NCBI GenBank assembly: GCA_965368975.1
Contig: CBDUPA010000013.1
Location: 1-64,000 of the forward strand
Source of the DNA: an uncultured bacterium
GTDB lineage: Bacteria > Acidobacteriota > Thermoanaerobaculia > Multivoradales > JAHZIX01
Length of the DNA stretch: 64,000 bases
Direction of reading: 5' to 3'
In this document: positions 1 to 8,319 of the stretch, piece after piece
Position numbering within the stretch: position 1 is the first letter of the stretch
How the letters are laid out: the number at the start of each line of letters is the position of its first letter
The notes under the pieces: model-generated
Database searches by the model: none
Told to the model about the DNA's origin: nothing
The model's input: the letters and a program-made list of their open reading frames with translations, nothing else
Program-made: the position numbers and the translations under genes

Positions 1-161
1 TGGCTGCCGAAGGTCAGCCAGAGCCGCGACCGCCCGAGCTGGGCAGTCTTACTCGCATCCGCGTCACGTACGCGAACAAGCACAGCCTGATGGCGGAATT
101 GATCTCGGCTGCCGATGATGCACCGCGTCGTCCCGCTCCGCGCCTGCCCGTCGTCTCCTGA
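1..161 (+). CDS. miaB: 3' end of a TRAM-domain protein, probably tRNA methylthiotransferase MiaB (partial)
   Basis: Frame from position 3 reads ...LGSLTRIRVTYANKHSLMAEL...RLPVVS* (TGA 159-161), like a TRAM-domain end; miaB next to DUF151 is a common arrangement. Confidence 0.5.
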   Translation, partial: AAEGQPEPRPPELGSLTRIRVTYANKHSLMAELISAADDAPRRPAPRLPVVS

Positions 162-332
162 CAGCCTTCCGCCTCGGTTCCCACTCCATCCACCCCATCC
201 CATCCTGTCCGTGAAGGGCGGCCACCTGGGCCGCCCCGACACGGGGTTCCTCTCTCCGCCAGAGGCTCGCCACGGTTCCGACCCCCGGTAGGGCACCTTG
301 ACCTCCCCTGGTCACCACCACACAATAGAGGC

Positions 333-875
333 ATGAAGCAGTCACCTGAGGATTCGCACATGCCGCCCACCGAGCCCACGTTGGAGGATGAGATTGCCGT
401 CGAGATCAATGGTCTCATCTTGGACCCAAACACCAATGCTCCGATCCTGATCCTGCGCGAGCAGGGGAGCGCTAGCCTGCTGCCGATCTGGATCGGCCTC
501 TTCGAGGCCAACGCCATTGCCATGCGCATGGAAGGCAAGCAGGCCCCGCGGCCGATGACTCACGACCTGTTGCTCGAGGGGCTTCGACGTCTCGGAGGTA
601 CGGTGACAAAGGTGGTCATATGTGATCTGCGCGACAGTACCTTCTTCGCTGCTATCCACCTGCTGAGTGACAGTGGAGAAGAGCTGCAACTGGACTCCCG
701 CCCGAGCGATGCGATCGCCATGGCGCTACGTGCAGAAGCTCCGCTCTTCGTGAGCCGAAAGGTTCTCGATCAGGCCAAGCTCGCACAGCCCAATGAGGAT
801 CTCAGTGAAGAAGAGCGACTGAAGAAGTGGCTCGAAGATGCCAACCCAGAAGAGCTCGGAAAGTACACGATGTAG
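333..875 (+). CDS. Bifunctional nuclease family protein (DUF151)
   Basis: LPIWIGLFEANAIA, PRPMTHDLL and DSRPSDAIAMALR motifs. Confidence 0.92.
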   Translation: MKQSPEDSHMPPTEPTLEDEIAVEINGLILDPNTNAPILILREQGSASLLPIWIGLFEANAIAMRMEGKQAPRPMTHDLLLEGLRRLGGTVTKVVICDLRDSTFFAAIHLLSDSGEELQLDSRPSDAIAMALRAEAPLFVSRKVLDQAKLAQPNEDLSEEERLKKWLEDANPEELGKYTM

Positions 876-912
876 GTTCCACATCATGGTCTCGGGGCCA
901 AGCCGGCGGCAA

Positions 913-928
913 TGTCGGCGCGCCGACA
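913..928. repeat. 16-bp perfect palindrome TGTCGGCGCGCCGACA, copy 1 (candidate non-canonical parS)
   Basis: ATGTCGGCGCGCCGACAT at 912-929, upstream of parA. Confidence 0.75.
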
Positions 929-957
929 TGCAGGGTTCCAGATGCCGGCAGGACTAA

Positions 958-973
958 TGTCGGCGTGCCGACA
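958..973. repeat. Palindrome copy 2, TGTCGGCGTGCCGACA (candidate parS)
   Basis: AATGTCGGCGTGCCGACATT at 956-975, one mismatch to copy 1. Confidence 0.72.
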
Positions 974-1034
974 TTCGGCGAAGAGGGCGCGCGGAATAGG
1001 GGCAAGCCCCTTATTTATAATGGTTTAGAGCGAT

Positions 1035-1050
1035 TGTCGGCGCGCCGACG
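1035..1050. repeat. Palindrome copy 3, TGTCGGCGCGCCGACG (candidate parS)
   Basis: One mismatch to copy 1. Confidence 0.7.
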
Positions 1051-1171
1051 ACGAGGACTGGTGGGTTTCAAGGCTTTTCGTGTCTTGCCGTCCTGTCGAC
1101 AGAGTCCTCGCAGATCCCCCAGCAGGCAGCGCGGCGTCGGCACCCTGTCGGGGGATCTTCTAGGTCTGGTA

Positions 1172-1187
1172 TGTCGGCGCGCCGACA
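1172..1187. repeat. Palindrome copy 4, TGTCGGCGCGCCGACA (candidate parS)
   Basis: ATGTCGGCGCGCCGACAT at 1171-1188, identical to copy 1. Confidence 0.75.
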
Positions 1188-1303
1188 TGGATGGCGCCGC
1201 AGAAATGGCAACACCCGGAGCCCACTCGCAGGGTGCTGCGTCTACTGCCGGCGGAGAGAAGTCGAAAATCTCGACAATCTCTGCCAATGTCATCGCTTCT
1301 GTC

Positions 1304-1333
1304 TTGACCCTTCGGACGGTCGTTGCATACACT
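1304..1333 (+). promoter_or_regulatory. Putative sigma70 promoter of parAB
   Basis: TTGACC (1304-1309), 18-bp spacer, TACACT (1328-1333), 11 nt before the ATG at 1345. Confidence 0.5.
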
Positions 1334-1344
1334 CGCCCTTGCCC

Positions 1345-2103
1345 ATGATTATCGCGATCACCAATCAGAAAGGCGGCGTCGGCAAGACCACGACCGCCAT
1401 CAATCTAAGCGCCGCACTGGCCAGCAAGGGGCTACGTACCCTGCTGGTAGACATGGATCCTCAGGCCAACAGCTCGATGTCATTCATCGACGTTCATGAG
1501 GTCGAGGTATCCATGTACGAAGTTCTTACCGATCCCGAGATCTCGATCGAGCAAATCCTGCGGTCGGCGAACAAGCAACCTCATCTCGACATCGCACCAG
1601 CACGGATCAGCCTGGCGAAGATCGAGGCCAAGCTGCTCGGAGAGATCGACAACCAATACCGCTTGAAGGACGAGCTGGAGGCCCTTGTCGGTCGCTACGA
1701 CGTCATCATCATCGACACGCCGCCAACCCTGGGGATCATCACGGTGAATGCGCTGGTCGCCGCGACTCACGTGCTGGTGCCCATCCAAGCGAGCTACTTT
1801 GCGCTCGAAGGGACGGATGATCTGCTGGAGACGATCGACAAGATCAAGGCGCGGTCCAATCCTCAGTTGCAGATTCTCGGAGCGCTGATCACACTGTTCG
1901 ACAAGCGCACCCTGCTGGCGAAGGATATTCATGACCAGATGTCCGAAGTGTTCGGCGACAAGCTCTTCGAGACAGTCATCACCAAGAGTGTCCGGCTGGA
2001 GGAGAGTCCCGCCTATCGCGAGTCCGTCTTCACCTTCGCGCCAACGTCGTCAGGTGCCGAGGAGTACTACAAGCTGTCTGAGGAGATCATGACCCGTGTC
2101 TAA
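1345..2103 (+). CDS. parA: ParA/Soj family partition ATPase
   Basis: MIIAITNQKGGVGKTTT deviant Walker A, DMDPQAN, IIDTPP and VRLEESP motifs; start placed at ATG 1345. Confidence 0.95.
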   Translation: MIIAITNQKGGVGKTTTAINLSAALASKGLRTLLVDMDPQANSSMSFIDVHEVEVSMYEVLTDPEISIEQILRSANKQPHLDIAPARISLAKIEAKLLGEIDNQYRLKDELEALVGRYDVIIIDTPPTLGIITVNALVAATHVLVPIQASYFALEGTDDLLETIDKIKARSNPQLQILGALITLFDKRTLLAKDIHDQMSEVFGDKLFETVITKSVRLEESPAYRESVFTFAPTSSGAEEYYKLSEEIMTRV

Positions 2104-3040
2104 TGCTGTACCTCGCCGCCGTGGCTTGCCGCCGGGGAAGAAGATGCGTCACACCGCGCATTTTGTGGATGAACTGGAACCCCGCGCCAATGTGATCATC
2201 GATCCGGATTCGATCGTCGGGCGCAAGGTCTCCCTTTCCATGCTGGAGCCGGATCCGAAGCAGCCGCGCACCAACATGGGAGATCTGGCGGAGCTGGTCG
2301 CTTCGATTCGTGAGAAGGGCGTGCTGGAGCCAATTCTGGTGCGTCGCGTCGGTGAGGGCGGTTCCGGCGAGGGGCGTGCGAACGATGGCGGACCGGCCCG
2401 AGCACTGCCATCACGTGCCGGAGAAAGCTCCGTCAGTTATCGCATTATTTCCGGAGAGCGTAGATACCGCGCGGCACAGGAAGCTGGGTTGTCGCAGGTG
2501 CCGGTCATCGAGATGGATGTCGACGAACAGGAAGCGCTCGAGATCGCCCTGATCGAGAACCTGCAGCGGAAGGATCTGACCGCCTTCGAAGAGGCGGAAG
2601 GCTATGCCGCACTCGGTGAACAGTACGGCTATACCCATGAGCAGGTCGCGCATGCGGTCAGCAAGTCCCGGACGGTGGTTACTGAGAGCTTGACCTTGCT
2701 GCAGATCCCGAAACGCGTGCGGGAGATCGCCGACGGTCTCGGGGTACGTTCGAAGTCGGTCTTGCTCGAGGTGTGTAAGGCGGAGTCCGAGGACGAGATG
2801 GTCTATCTACTGGAAGCCGTCGCGAGCCAGGGACTCAGCCGTGATGACTTGCGGCGGAGGTTTCGCCAGGATCGCACGAAGCGCGGCGGACGGCGCAAGA
2901 AGCCATACGTCTTCAAGTTTCGTGCACCTGACAAGCGCTACAGCTTGTCGCTGAGTTTCCGTCAGAGTACCGTCGAGAAGCACGATCTGATCGAGGCTCT
3001 CGAGCAGATCTTGGTAGATCTGCGTCAGTCGAAAGACTGA
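2096..3040 (+). CDS. parB: ParB/Spo0J family protein
   Basis: QPR, GVLEPILVR, ISGERRYRAA CTPase box, IENLQRKDL, then an HTH; overlaps the parA stop. Confidence 0.95.
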   Translation: MSNAVPRRRGLPPGKKMRHTAHFVDELEPRANVIIDPDSIVGRKVSLSMLEPDPKQPRTNMGDLAELVASIREKGVLEPILVRRVGEGGSGEGRANDGGPARALPSRAGESSVSYRIISGERRYRAAQEAGLSQVPVIEMDVDEQEALEIALIENLQRKDLTAFEEAEGYAALGEQYGYTHEQVAHAVSKSRTVVTESLTLLQIPKRVREIADGLGVRSKSVLLEVCKAESEDEMVYLLEAVASQGLSRDDLRRRFRQDRTKRGGRRKKPYVFKFRAPDKRYSLSLSFRQSTVEKHDLIEALEQILVDLRQSKD

Positions 3041-3130
3041 GGTTCCTCACATGGTTGAGATCTCGGGAGTCTGAGGTCTTGGGCTGGCACCTTGCTCCTG
3101 GCACGATGCAGGTTTCTCAGCGCGTATTCA

Positions 3131-3158
3131 GAGTCCGATAAGTTGTATTATGTAAACC
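3131..3158. other. dif: XerC/XerD dif recombination site
   Basis: GAGTCCGATAA-GTTGTA-TTATGTAAACC has the 11-6-11 layout; right arm is 10/11 identical to the B. subtilis arm TTATGTAAACT; left arm ends in CCGATAA; AT-rich intergenic spot. Confidence 0.82.
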
Positions 3159-3234
3159 TAGATTCAGGTATGGAACTGTTGGCTGTTCCTGGGCTCGGAT
3201 TCTGGATTCCGCAGCTGGTACAATCCCCCGTCTG

Positions 3235-5667
3235 ATGCGTCGTCTCGACTGGTACCTGCTGCGTGAGATTCTGGGCCCGATGTTCTTGGGTTTCATGGTC
3301 TATACCTTCCTGCTGCTGCTGCAGTTCCTGTTCAGCTCAGCGGACATGGTGATTCAGCGCGGCCTCGATCTGGCGACCGTCGGGCGGATGCTGGCACTGG
3401 TGATTCCCAGCTCGGTCGTGCTGACGATCCCGATGGCGTTGCTGTTCGGCATTCTGATCGCCGTCGGCCGATTGTCGTCAGACAGTGAACTCGTGGCGAT
3501 GCGCTCGTGCGGGATCAGTCTGTTGAGCATGTATCGGCCGGTGCTCTTGCTGTCGGGCACGCTGACGGTGCTCAACGTCTGGCTGATGGTCGACGTGCTT
3601 CCCCATGGCAACCACCGCTTGCAGCAGCTCAACCTGGAGATTTTGACGACCAGCGTGTCGAAACAGGTAGAGCCGCGGGTGTTCTATGAGGAGTGGGACG
3701 GCAAGATCCTCTATGTCTTCGAGTCGCCCCCGGGTGACCCGCGCTGGAAGGGGGTGTTCGTCGCCAATGTCAACGACAAGGGCCTGACCAACGAGGTGGT
3801 CGTCGCTGAATGGGGCGAAGTGCGGGTGGACGACGACGGTGAGCGCGTGGTGCTACTGCTTGAGAATGCGACTACGCACACCGCCAACCTCGAGCAGCCG
3901 GGTAGCTACAACGTCTCGCATCACGCTCGCCTGGAGACGGTATTGGAGGACGGCTTCACGACGAACCGTCGGGCCAAGATCTCGGCCTCCAAGAGTGTTC
4001 GAGAGATGGATCTGGCCGAATTGCTGACGCGCTCCCGAGATCCGCGGACGTCTCCAGAACTGCGCAATCTGGCACGGGTCCAGTTGCACAAGAGCTTTGC
4101 TATCCCGGCGGCCTGCCTGGTCTTCGGCCTGCTGGCCTTGCCACTCGGCTTCAGTAACCGGCGAGGTGGCAAGGCATCTGGCTTTGCCTTGTCGATCGGT
4201 GTATTGCTGGTCTACTGGGTGATGCTGAGCAACGGCGAGGAAGCGGCTCGCTACGGCAAGTTGCCGGCGTGGTTCTCGATGTGGCTGCCCAACGTCCTGC
4301 TGACCGCTATCGGCATCTTCTTGTTGGTACGACGCAATCGCGACAAGAGCCTGATGCTGTCGCGCATCGACCGCTTCCTGCGCGAGGATCTGTGGGCCGG
4401 AATTCTGCGCTTGCAGCGGTGGCGGAAGGAGCGCCCCAAGAAGGGCGCGGCAGGCAAACGAGGGCGGCGCTCGGTGGTAAGGATCGGTGCAGGACACGGA
4501 GCCCCCGGTGACCGGCGTGACGGGAACCGCATCGTGTTACGACTCCCCCACCTGCGCCTGGCCTTCCCCAACCTCATGGATCGCTACGTCGTGCAGGTGT
4601 TCTTCCGGACCATGCTCTTGGTGGCTGCCAGTGTGGTGACGCTGTATATCGTTGCCGACCTGGGCGAGCACGTCGATGAGATCCTCAAGAACAAGGTGCC
4701 GCGCGCCGTCATCTTCGACTACTACAAGTTCCTGTCACTGCAGATCATCTACGATATCTCCCCCATCGTCGTCCTGGTGACGACGCTGATCACCTTCAGC
4801 TTGCTGACGCGTACCAACGAGATCACGGCGCTGAAAGCTTCGGGGGTCAGCCTTTTCCGCCTTTCGGTGCCGGCGGTTGTTTCGGCGCTACTGGTGACGG
4901 GCGGCTGCGTCTACCTGCAGTCCGAGGTGCTGCCATCGACCAACCAGCGGGTAGCTCAGCTGAAAGACCGGATCAAGGGGCGAGAGCAGGCGCGCACCTA
5001 CCGGCGTGCCGATCGGCAGTGGCTGTTCGGTGAGGGACGCTATGTGTACAACTACACGCGCTATGACGCCGGACGGCGGGAGCTGCGCGACTTGCAGGTC
5101 TTCGAGTTTGGCGATGACTTCGGTCTCACCCGCCGGCTGTACACGCAGCGTGCTCGCTACCAGCAGGGCACGACCTCCGAGGAGTCGTACTGGATTTTCG
5201 AAGGTGGCTGGAAGCGGGCCTTCGATGGCTTGGTGATCCGTGGTTTCGAGATTTTCGATGGCCCACGCCGGAGCGATTACGCCGAAACGCCGGAGTACTT
5301 CAGCTCCGAGATCCGGCCGCCGGAACAGATGAGTTATCTCGAGCTGGAGGGCTACGTCGAGGAGTTGGAGGACCGGGGCCAGGCCGTTCCCGAGTTGCGC
5401 GTCCAACTGCACAGCAAGATCTCCTTCCCCGCCATCTCGCTGATCATGTGCATGGTCGCCCTCCCCTTCGCCTTCCGTATGGGCCGGCAGGGAACGCTCT
5501 ACAGCGTCGGTCTGTCTGTGGTCCTCGGCATGGTGTTCATGGCCATCTACATTCTGTTCAGTACGTTGGGAGAGGCGGGGGCATTGCCCCCTCTGCTCGC
5601 TGTCTGGAGCCCGAACGCGGTGTTCGGCGTCTTTGCGCTCTACCTCTTCTTGGGTGTCCGTACCTAG
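3235..5667 (+). CDS. lptFG: Fused LPS export permease LptF-LptG
   Basis: Two YjgP/YjgQ modules: MRRLDWYLLRE...GRLSSDSELVAMRSCGIS and LMDRYV...NEITALKASGVS. Confidence 0.9.
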   Translation: MRRLDWYLLREILGPMFLGFMVYTFLLLLQFLFSSADMVIQRGLDLATVGRMLALVIPSSVVLTIPMALLFGILIAVGRLSSDSELVAMRSCGISLLSMYRPVLLLSGTLTVLNVWLMVDVLPHGNHRLQQLNLEILTTSVSKQVEPRVFYEEWDGKILYVFESPPGDPRWKGVFVANVNDKGLTNEVVVAEWGEVRVDDDGERVVLLLENATTHTANLEQPGSYNVSHHARLETVLEDGFTTNRRAKISASKSVREMDLAELLTRSRDPRTSPELRNLARVQLHKSFAIPAACLVFGLLALPLGFSNRRGGKASGFALSIGVLLVYWVMLSNGEEAARYGKLPAWFSMWLPNVLLTAIGIFLLVRRNRDKSLMLSRIDRFLREDLWAGILRLQRWRKERPKKGAAGKRGRRSVVRIGAGHGAPGDRRDGNRIVLRLPHLRLAFPNLMDRYVVQVFFRTMLLVAASVVTLYIVADLGEHVDEILKNKVPRAVIFDYYKFLSLQIIYDISPIVVLVTTLITFSLLTRTNEITALKASGVSLFRLSVPAVVSALLVTGGCVYLQSEVLPSTNQRVAQLKDRIKGREQARTYRRADRQWLFGEGRYVYNYTRYDAGRRELRDLQVFEFGDDFGLTRRLYTQRARYQQGTTSEESYWIFEGGWKRAFDGLVIRGFEIFDGPRRSDYAETPEYFSSEIRPPEQMSYLELEGYVEELEDRGQAVPELRVQLHSKISFPAISLIMCMVALPFAFRMGRQGTLYSVGLSVVLGMVFMAIYILFSTLGEAGALPPLLAVWSPNAVFGVFALYLFLGVRT

Positions 5668-5713
5668 AGAGACACCCGCGGAGATGTAACAGCAGAGCCC
5701 GGCGTGCCGGGGT

Positions 5714-6313
5714 TCAGCGTTGCAGCTGGTCGCGCGTGCAGAAGCCGGAGCGCACCATTTCGCGGCCAAGAGCGGACAGGCTGCGCGAAGTAATCTTACC
5801 CATGCTCGAGGGCTGATAGCCCAGCTCGCGCGCGATTTCCGGAGGCTCGTACCCTAAGCGATAGCGCAGACGGATCACGGCCTGGGCGCGCGGTGGCAAG
5901 TGCTCCATGAGGCCATCGAGGTCACGGCGCAAGTCCTGGTGCTCCTGGTGCGGCAACTCGCCCGGTGCCAACCACTCTAGGCGCTGCGTGTCGACGGCGT
6001 CATAGCGCCGCCGATGGTAGTCACGCCAGTAGACCAGGCACTTGTTTCGCAAGGTGCCGAGCAACCACGGCTCGGGATCACGAATGTGATCCCACTGGTA
6101 CACGAAGGCCAAGAGGCATTGCTGCAGAACGTCCTCGACGTCTTGCAAGGGAATCCGTTGCCGCATCAGAACGCGCCGCAGCTTCGGCTGGAGGCGATCC
6201 AGAAAGGCATCCAGTGGTTCGTTGCCGACGGCCATATCTTGCAAAGGTGGCAAGCTCTGGCTCTCGGTATCCTCGTTCAAGCCGCTACCGGTCAAGGCAG
6301 TGCCGGCATTCAT
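5714..6313 (-). CDS. ECF-type sigma-70 factor, paralog A
   Basis: Region 2 (QDVEDVLQQ...WLLGTLRNKC) and region 4 (LPPRAQAVIRLRY..GY...EIARELG). Confidence 0.85.
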   Translation of the reverse strand: MNAGTALTGSGLNEDTESQSLPPLQDMAVGNEPLDAFLDRLQPKLRRVLMRQRIPLQDVEDVLQQCLLAFVYQWDHIRDPEPWLLGTLRNKCLVYWRDYHRRRYDAVDTQRLEWLAPGELPHQEHQDLRRDLDGLMEHLPPRAQAVIRLRYRLGYEPPEIARELGYQPSSMGKITSRSLSALGREMVRSGFCTRDQLQR

Positions 6314-6684
6314 CGTACGACTCGGCCCATGCTGATGGCTGGTCTCACTCTTCCCCTCCTGTCACCGGTTCGATGCGAACAAGCCTTCGGACTTCTCGGG
6401 TCAGGATTCCCGTGCGACCGGTTCTTGCGTGAAGGCCTAATCGCTGGCGCCAAGATTCAGCGCTCTCGCGCCGCAACCGGGCGCGCAGGACAATCGACCT
6501 TGACGACACTGCACCGATACGCAGTGGGTGCACTGACAATGCAAAGTGCCGAGGCTAAGTGACTCCATACATACCTCAAGGGGCTACCTCGAAGCATGGC
6601 ATCACAGACGTCTCTACTTGTCAAGGCGAGATTCATTGCCGAGAGGGACCAGCGAGGTGGGGATTTTTTCCGATGCGGCGGGAC

Positions 6685-7281
6685 TCAGGGCGGAGGCAGG
6701 CTCTTGTTGATCTTGTAGCCGCGCAGCATGAGCTGGCGCGTCAAGGCCGCCAGGCAGCGGTTGGTCACTTTGCGGATGCTCGACGACTTGTAGCCCAACT
6801 CCTCCGCGACTTCCGCCGGCTTGTAGCCGAGGCCATAGCGCAAGCGTAGGATGTCGCGGCAGCGCTGAGGCAGGCGGGTGATCACGCGGTCGAGGTCGTG
6901 GGACAGTGCGCGTCGTTCCTGCGCCGGTCGTTCCGGTTCGGCGACCAGCTCTAGGATGGTCGAATCGACAGTGTCGTAGAGCTGACTGCGACGGCTACGC
7001 CAGTACATGATGCATCGATTGCGCAAAGTGGCCAGAATCCAGGGTTCCGGTTTCTGGACGGTCTTGCGCTTGTAGACGAGCGTCAACAGGGTCTGCTGCA
7101 GCAGATCGTCGGCGTCCTGCTGCGGGATCCTGTAGCGATACAGGATCTGCTTCATCCTTGGCTCAATCTTGGGTAACAACTCCTCGAGGGAAGAGTTGCT
7201 GTTGGGTTCTTCCAAAGTGCTGGCGTCCAAAGGGGTCATGGAAGGGCTCACAGTCCGAAAAGAGCCTTGAGATGCTAGCAT
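6685..7281 (-). CDS. ECF-type sigma-70 factor, paralog B
   Basis: QDADDLLQQ...WILATLRNRC and LPQRCRDILRLRYGLGY..AEVAEELG; start may be 7239. Confidence 0.87.
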   Translation of the reverse strand: MLASQGSFRTVSPSMTPLDASTLEEPNSNSSLEELLPKIEPRMKQILYRYRIPQQDADDLLQQTLLTLVYKRKTVQKPEPWILATLRNRCIMYWRSRRSQLYDTVDSTILELVAEPERPAQERRALSHDLDRVITRLPQRCRDILRLRYGLGYKPAEVAEELGYKSSSIRKVTNRCLAALTRQLMLRGYKINKSLPPP

Positions 7282-7419
7282 CAGCCCCCCTGTCTGTCCA
7301 GGCTAGCCAGCTTGGGCAAGACCTATTCTAGTCTCTCCGACGCACTGGTCGGCCTAGTTGACGAGTCTGACCAGACTGCTGTCCTTACGTTCCGAGGGGG
7401 CCCTGCTGTCGATACCGTC

Positions 7420-8226
7420 ATGATTACAAGTCTTCAGAACGAGACGCTCAAGCGTATTCGCCGATTGCGCCGCTGTAAAGGGGAGCATGCCTTGCTGGAG
7501 GGACCGAACCTGCTGGGCGAGGCGCTGGATGGGGGGCAGCTGCCGGAAACGGTGCTCATGACCCTGGAGTTGGCCGAGACTCCGGAGGGGGCGCAGCTGG
7601 CCGCCCGTCTCGCTGCGCCGCCACGTCTGGTGGCTGAGCAGGTGCTGGAGCGGGTGATGGACGCGGACTCTCCTCGCGGAGTTCTGGCGGTGGTCAAGTT
7701 GCCGCGTGGCGGTATCCAGGTTCTGCCGCAGGTGGACGCAGGTGTCTATGTATATGTCGACGGCTTGCAGGACCCGGGCAACCTCGGCGCCCTGGCACGC
7801 GTTGCCGAAGCGGCAGGGGCCCAGGGGCTGGCGCTGGCAGCTGGCTGCGTGCATCCCAACCATCCGCGAGCGTTGCGCGCCTCGGCAGGCAGCTTGCTGC
7901 GCTTGCCCGTGGCGTTGGGGGTCGGCGTCAAGGAGCTGGACGCGCATCTTCAGACAAGCGGTTCTGAGTCGGCACGCTGGCTGGCCTTGGAACCTCGGGA
8001 CGGTGTTTCGCTCTACCAGGCACCGCTCGAGGCCGGAACGCTGGTTCTGGCGTTGGGTGCCGAGGGACCTGGACTGTCCGTGGAGGTACGTCGGCGCGCC
8101 GACGTTCACCTGACGATCCCGATGGTGGCGCCGGTCGAGTCGCTGAATGCCGTGGTCGCCGCGGCGCTGGTGCTCTTCGAGGCACGTCGGCAGCGTTCTG
8201 CAGTGCTCTCCGCAAGAGACTGCTGA
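7420..8226 (+). CDS. TrmH/SpoU family RNA methyltransferase
   Basis: MITSLQNE, LQDPGNLGALAR, LGAEGPGLS and IPM...VESLNA SPOUT motifs. Confidence 0.92.
   Translation: MITSLQNETLKRIRRLRRCKGEHALLEGPNLLGEALDGGQLPETVLMTLELAETPEGAQLAARLAAPPRLVAEQVLERVMDADSPRGVLAVVKLPRGGIQVLPQVDAGVYVYVDGLQDPGNLGALARVAEAAGAQGLALAAGCVHPNHPRALRASAGSLLRLPVALGVGVKELDAHLQTSGSESARWLALEPRDGVSLYQAPLEAGTLVLALGAEGPGLSVEVRRRADVHLTIPMVAPVESLNAVVAAALVLFEARRQRSAVLSARDC
8089..8104. repeat. Palindrome copy 5, CGTCGGCGCGCCGACG, inside the TrmH gene (candidate parS)
   Basis: ACGTCGGCGCGCCGACGT at 8088-8105 is a perfect 18-bp palindrome with the same 14-bp core. Confidence 0.45.
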
Positions 8227-8319
8227 AACAGCAAGAGCGGCGGCCGGTTCATGCCCGGACCGCCGCTCATGTCAAGGCCGGCGTTCGACGCCGCGCGCTT
8301 CTCTACTCGTACCGAGCCC

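Noticed and set aside
912-1188. CRISPR array reading of the palindromes
   Set aside because: Repeats are only 16-20 bp, gaps are very uneven (29, 61 and 121 bp), and there are no cas genes
876-1344. oriC or canonical parS upstream of parA
   Set aside because: No TTATCCACA DnaA boxes and no TGTTTCACGTGAAACA-like site seen; no origin-linked genes nearby
1171-1344. N-terminal extension of ParA in the ORF track
   Set aside because: Homology starts at MIIAITNQKGG (1345); the extension covers a palindrome and the promoter
873-3070. Similar GGTTCC...CATGGT...CTCGGG strings after the DUF151 and parB stop codons
   Set aside because: Short and gapped similarity, compatible with chance
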